Assembly: GCF_001194135.2 (NCBI RefSeq)
Contig: NC_068990.1
Coordinates: forward strand, 75,054,251 to 75,112,496
DNA from: Octopus bimaculoides
Lineage: Eukaryota
Direction: 5' to 3'
Length of the DNA: 58,246 nt
Position 1 is the stretch's first letter. Every line of letters starts with the position of its first letter. Shown here one piece after another: positions 52,646 to 58,246 of the stretch. The notes below the pieces were generated by a model. The model saw only the letters and a program-made list of their open reading frames with translations. It was not told the DNA's origin and did no database searches. A program made the position numbers and the translations under genes.

Positions 52646-53178
52646 GCCCGGATTAAGTACCAGGCAGTGGCTCTCATGGCTTCTGATCTTAGCTGATTGA
52701 AAGTGTTATCGTGTACGTTGTTTTGTCTTTGTATAAAAGGTGGGCGACAGCAAATATTTTGCTCAATACCACAGATTTGCTTGTCAGTTGCTTGATCTTA
52801 ACCAGTTGAGCATGTCCCTTAGTGACTGACGATATGTGCATCTCTGATCATGAGCAGAAGTAGTGGGGGAGCATCATAGCCATGTGTTGAGAAGATTTCT
52901 TTGATGTTTGGATAATTCACATTTGGAAACATGGGTGTTTCGTTCAACATCTTTAAACAACCCTTATTCAAGAACCTTTTGAGCGGGATGGGCTACTCAA
53001 CTTGAAGAAAATTCTAACTGGGCCCCCACCTGCTAGGTCATGCGCTGTTTATCTTGATATGAGATCATTATGTCGGGCACATTATCAGCCGGATAGTCAT
53101 AACGGGTATATTGGGCTTCGTATATCTTACCCTGGAGTCACTTTTGATGACTCCAGGGTAAGAACTACTTTCTCACTC
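52646..53178 (+). mobile_element. Unclassified ~530-bp non-coding interspersed element ending in (AAT)n
   Basis: Flanked by AAT-based tracts on both sides. Its core is repeated at 16921-17071. No recognisable ORF or tRNA A/B box. Confidence 0.7.
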
Positions 53179-53201
53179 AATAATAATAATAATAATAATA
53201 A

Positions 53202-53251
<50 letters not shown>

Positions 53252-53276
53252 ATAATAATAATAATAATAATAATAA

Positions 53277-53307
<31 letters not shown>

Positions 53308-53333
53308 AAGAAGAAGAAGAAGAAGAAGAAGAA

Positions 53334-53374
<41 letters not shown>

Positions 53375-53387
53375 CGATGATGATGAC
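53179..53387. repeat. In-phase compound microsatellite (AAT)8(ACT)16(AAT)9(AAG)19(ATG)n
   Basis: Direct reading; runs into a gap. Confidence 0.95.
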
Positions 53388-54014
53388 NNNNNNNNNNNNN
53401 NNNNNNNNNNNNNNNNNNNNNNNNNNNNNNNNNNNNNNNNNNNNNNNNNNNNNNNNNNNNNNNNNNNNNNNNNNNNNNNNNNNNNNNNNNNNNNNNNNNN
53501 NNNNNNNNNNNNNNNNNNNNNNNNNNNNNNNNNNNNNNNNNNNNNNNNNNNNNNNNNNNNNNNNNNNNNNNNNNNNNNNNNNNNNNNNNNNNNNNNNNNN
53601 NNNNNNNNNNNNNNNNNNNNNNNNNNNNNNNNNNNNNNNNNNNNNNNNNNNNNNNNNNNNNNNNNNNNNNNNNNNNNNNNNNNNNNNNNNNNNNNNNNNN
53701 NNNNNNNNNNNNNNNNNNNNNNNNNNNNNNNNNNNNNNNNNNNNNNNNNNNNNNNNNNNNNNNNNNNNNNNNNNNNNNNNNNNNNNNNNNNNNNNNNNNN
53801 NNNNNNNNNNNNNNNNNNNNNNNNNNNNNNNNNNNNNNNNNNNNNNNNNNNNNNNNNNNNNNNNNNNNNNNNNNNNNNNNNNNNNNNNNNNNNNNNNNNN
53901 NNNNNNNNNNNNNNNNNNNNNNNNNNNNNNNNNNNNNNNNNNNNNNNNNNNNNNNNNNNNNNNNNNNNNNNNNNNNNNNNNNNNNNNNNNNNNNNNNNTA
54001 TATATATATATATA

Positions 54015-54257
54015 TTCTTTTATTGTTTTACTTGATTCAGTCATTTGACTGCAGCCATGGTAGGGCACCGCCTTGACGGGATTTAGTCGAACAAATCGAC
54101 CCCAGGACTTGTTTTTTAAGCCTAGTACTTATGCTATCGGTCTATTGTGTCGGATCGCTAGGTTAGAGGGAAGTAAACGCAGACACTAAGACACATACAC
54201 ACATATATATATACGATGGGCTTCTTTTGGTTTTCGTCTACCAAATTCACTCATAAT
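54015..54257 (-). mobile_element. SINE family A, diverged and 5'-truncated
   Basis: ttcagtcatttgactgcagccatgg..gcaccgcc..ttagtcgaacaaatcgaccccaggactt..cgatgggcttctt..cgtctaccaaat.cactca. Confidence 0.85.
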
Positions 54258-54384
54258 AATGAGAAGAAGGAGAAGAAGAAGAAGAAGAAGAAGAAGAAGA
54301 AGAAGAAGAAGAAGAAGAAGAAGAAGAAGAAGAAGAAGAAGAAGAAGAAGAAGAAGAACAACAACAACAACAACAACAACAACA
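54258..54384. repeat. (AAG)n(AAC)n compound microsatellite
   Basis: Direct reading. Confidence 0.95.
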
Positions 54385-54386
54385 TC

Positions 54387-54552
54387 GAAAAATACCTTAG
54401 GATTGAGAACTCGAAATTTCGCTAAGACACCTGATGAAGGCTGGAGGTTTATCAGCCGCACCGTTGTGTTAACAACAAACAAGATGAGGACAAATATCCG
54501 TAAATTGTAAATAATGTGCATAGTTCTTCATCGCTTAAATATGGAACTGTAT
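54387..54552 (+). mobile_element. Penelope-like terminal-repeat fragment containing a hammerhead motif
   Basis: Contains the type I minimal hammerhead layout typical of Penelope-like terminal repeats; family assignment is inferred from that association. Confidence 0.6.
54426..54470 (+). ncRNA. Mutated type I minimal hammerhead ribozyme
   Basis: Stem I gacac/gtgtt; CTGATGA at 54431-54437; one extra A; stem II ggctg/cagcc. GAAAC is replaced by GCACC at 54458-54462, followed by a GTT cleavage triplet. Confidence 0.7.
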
Positions 54553-55042
54553 TTCATTTATAATACACTGTGATAGCAATTTTATGTCAAGGCCTTTGTT
54601 AACTTTCAACCAAATAAGTATTCTATGGCGAATTCTGCTCGGTTATTATCTCACTAAAACAATCAATGGTTCACAGTCTACAATGGAGAAAGATTGCACA
54701 AATGTATCATTTTATAAAGCAGAAGTAAGGAAAAAAATTAATTTCTTAAGGTTGTTTATTCCGAAGAAACAGAAATTGATAAAAAGAGTTGCACACTCGT
54801 AGACAATGATGGCAGGAAATCTGAAAATCAAGACTTGGCAAATTATACATACATACATACATACATACATACATACCTATCTATCTATCGATCTATCTAT
54901 CTATCTATCTATCTATCTATAGATTGTTAGATATATACATACATAAATACATACATATATANNNNNNNNNNNNNNNNNNNNNNNNNNNNNNNNNNNNNNN
55001 NNNNNNNNNNNNNNNNNNNNNNNNNNNNNNNNNNNNNNNNNN

Positions 55043-55081
<39 letters not shown>

Positions 55082-56289
55082 CACACATATTTATATATAT
55101 ATGTATGTGTATACATATATGCGTGTGTGTATGTGTGTATCTCATGAGGAACAACGTGAAACTTTTTTTTTTTTGTTGAGACAAACAAACCAGCTTGCGA
55201 CTATGTCATAGAAAGAAGAATACAAAAACATCAAGAAAAATCAAAGAGCCAAGAATGTTAATGTCGAATAAATAGCCAGACACCAATATGAATAAATTGA
55301 GTCAATTCAACTGTCTCCAAAAAAAATAATAAATAAATGAATAAATAAATAAATGAAAAAAAGAAAACGAAAAAAGAAGAAAAGGAAAAACGTGGTAAGT
55401 GGATAGAAAAAACAGAATGGAAATATGATTTTGTTTAGTGTTTTACATCAATATTCCCATGCCTCTACGATGAGGATGTTGGTATTTTTATTGGCGCAAT
55501 TTTTTTTGTCCCGTTTTTACAGCTGGATGCCCTTTCTACCGCTAACCATTCAACCACGAAGAAAGAGGGAAACCTGTTAAATGGTGATGAGCTGATTTGC
55601 TTTTCTCAGAAAATATTATCTTGAGGGAGATATGAAGAGGATGAAAACACAATTGTGAATAGTAAATATGACTAATAACTTTCAGGCGGTCTTGACAGAC
55701 TAAGTTATTTTTAAACATTTTTACAAGTCAGAAACACAGTTGTGCACTTGCGTACCTTCACCCCAAATGTCTAATCAGCCTTATCATATGTTTGAGGAAG
55801 CTCAAGAGTTGTCAAAGAAATGGGGAAAAAAAAATCTGAATCTATTCAAGAATAAATACATCAGAAGAAATTGATGTGTAAATTGAAATGAATTGAAAAA
55901 TCAAAGGAGGAGAAAAAAAAATCACAAAAAACCGCAGAAATCAGAATAATGTCTAGTCAGCTAATGGTATGATATATTATTAAAAAAAAAAAAAAGAGTA
56001 AAGAAAAGAAAGGCAAATGAGAGAATAGCAGGTAGTAGGTATTGTGGGAATTAAGCCAATAAATGAACCAACACAATTTGCTTCAAATCAGTGATGGATG
56101 GTAGACAACCAATGTGTCTGACATTACCTAGATGTATGCAATGACTAACGTATATGTACACATGTGCACATTGCTTTCTCTCTTTCTCTCCTTCTCTCTC
56201 TCTCCCTTTCTCTCTCCCTCTCTGTCTTTCTCACACACTCACACACGGACTATATATTTATATGCATATGTAAGTATGTATATATATGT

Positions 56290-56322
<33 letters not shown>

Positions 56323-56343
56323 CATTTATATTATATGTATACA

Positions 56344-56378
<35 letters not shown>

Positions 56379-56545
56379 NNNNNNNNNNNNNNNNNNNNNN
56401 NNNNNNNNNNNNNNNNNNNNNNNNNNNNNNNNNNNNNNNNNNNNNNNNNNNNNNNNNNNNNNNNNNNNNNNNNNNNNNNNNNNNNNNNNNNNNNNNNNNN
56501 NNNNNNNNNNNNNNNNNNNNNNNNNNNNNNNNNNNNNNNNNNNNN

Positions 56546-56602
<57 letters not shown>

Positions 56603-56671
56603 ACATCAATCTATATACATATATTTGCGCATATGTGTATGTTTGTGTGTGCCTATGTGCCTGTGTGTATA

Positions 56672-57056
56672 TTTTATTGCTTATGTCTTTCAATTATTGG
56701 ACTGCTGCCATGATGAGGCACCACCCTGAAGGGCTTTGTCGAACAAATGGACCCCAGTACTTGTTTGTAAGCCTGGTATTTATCTATCGGTGTCTATTGC
56801 TGAACCGCTTCGTTATGAAGATGTAAGAAAACTAACACGATGGTGCAGGAACAAACAACAAATCACAAGGGCACACAAAGATATATAAATTAACAGGTTC
56901 CTTTGGGTTTACTAAATCCGTTTACTAAATCGGCTCACAAGGCTACAGTCACAGGGCTATATTTGAAGTCACCTGTCCAAAGTCTCACACAGTGAGACTG
57001 AAACCAAAACTACATGGTTGGGAAGCAAGCTTCTTACCATGCAGCCGCGCTTGCAC
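56672..57056 (-). mobile_element. Old, diverged SINE family A-like copy
   Basis: gactgctgccatg..gcaccacc..tttgtcgaacaaat.gacccc..gtaagcctggta..ctcacaaggct..acatggttgggaagcaagcttcttaccatgcagcc. Confidence 0.75.
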
Positions 57057-57129
57057 AATTATTCTGTTATAGGTTTCCACTAGAGGCTGTAGCCAAGCTG
57101 GGTGATCTCAATTAGCGTTTACTTGTTTA

Positions 57130-58040
57130 TTTTATACTCATTTGCCGGCACGGGCTCCGGGATTGTCCCTGGTGAAGAACTGAGTTGGACAAAGCCGCCC
57201 TTCTTTGCATTTCTCGCCGTGATGAGGGCACATCTGGTGCCCACAAAAATTTGTCTAATCGTTCAATGAAAATATACTTATCTACACTGCATAATCTCTG
57301 AGGCTTTTCAGCAAAGTACTGAAAGGTTTGAACCTTTTAACTCTCAGCCGTTACAGTATTAGTTCCTTAGTCTGGAAGGAAAGGTTGGGAACTTTGGTGC
57401 TATGCAGTGGACTCCAATCCGGCAATTGGTGCAGCTTTCAATGCCAAGTTTGGGTGCTAGACCTTCTAGGATTTTCCACACATATATCACTGCATATCTT
57501 TCGTGTCTTCTCTTCGGAGAATAGAACCTCAACTCTTTTAGCATCTACCAGTTTGCTTATCTGTTGCACTCAGGCAATTTTCTTGGTGCAGCAGTGATGA
57601 GTTGTCCTGAGTTCTAATATTAGTTTGATTTTTTATGGAGACCATAGTTAGTTCTCCGTCGGAACAACATGGTTTCCGTTTTGTGTTCTGAAAGAACTCA
57701 GAATCCAACTAGACAGTCGCCTGAATACTGTTGTTATCTGTCATATGCACATGGAATGATGCATCGTCATCTTGTGGATTCTTATGTCACGCACAAACTC
57801 TAATCCGGGATTTCAATACTCATTGGTCTTGTATATTCTGACCGCAATCTGTTAGTAGGTCGTCAGCGGAATGCTTGCAGCTTGTGAACTTTGAACTGCA
57901 TATTATTTTCTTGTGCTCACTCGCACATTGTATTTAAAAATTTATGCACATTTAGATAGATGGAAGTGACTGAGTGTATTGCTGAGTCCATGTCTGAGAG
58001 ACCCACCAAGGTTAGAGGCGTTCCCGTTACCGTTCCCTGA
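57130..58040 (-). mobile_element. CR1-like LINE ORF2 remnant (RT C-half to C-terminus)
   Basis: Minus-strand frame-hopping: QGTV..LSDM, ENNMQF, DDASFHVH, WILSSF, LKELRFYSPKRRHERYAVIYVWKILEGLAPKLGI, PDVPSSRREMQRRAALSNS. Same family as 49090-49419. Confidence 0.82.
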
Positions 58041-58066
58041 TTAACTCACCTTAGTATTGATGTCAC

Positions 58067-58069
<3 letters not shown>

Positions 58070-58114
<45 letters not shown>

Positions 58115-58170
58115 ACGAGCAAGAGAGAGAGAGAGGAAGAAAGAAAGAGCAAGAGAGAGAAAGAGAAAGA
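58070..58170. repeat. (GA)n / purine-rich microsatellite
   Basis: Direct reading. Confidence 0.9.
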
Positions 58171-58246
58171 GCACCTTGGCTGCAATTGTCTAAGTCATAC
58201 AGCCACTTCCCAAATTTTCCAACGATACAATGGTTAATCAGTTCGT

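Overview
AT-rich, microsatellite-saturated animal genomic DNA from a draft assembly. About 22 N-gaps total roughly 6 kb, and almost all are bordered by (TA)n, (CA)n or similar repeats. The repeat families resemble those I recall from Octopus, so this is probably an octopus genome (inference from recall, no search run). I find no supportable host protein-coding gene; the window looks intergenic or intronic, and nearly all ORF-track entries are translations of microsatellites or gaps. The non-simple sequence is mostly transposon fossils. These include (1) about 25 copies or fragments of tRNA-derived SINEs built from shuffled modules; (2) six fragments of R4/Dong-like RLE-endonuclease LINEs, five abutting (AAT)n tracts and three stacked in tandem at 11.3-12.9 kb; (3) two minus-strand Helitron derivatives; (4) a lightly decayed DD37D (maT) transposase, a mariner fragment and three mariner-type MITEs; (5) a hAT-like transposase remnant; and (6) CR1, RTE and Penelope-like remnants plus one mutated Penelope-type hammerhead ribozyme. 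I do not see a clearly new biological system. The best leads are the multi-family (AAT)n-targeting retrotransposon cluster, a ~530-bp non-coding element without a tRNA head that sits in the same (AAT)n context, SINE module shuffling, and in-phase compound microsatellites at retroelement ends.
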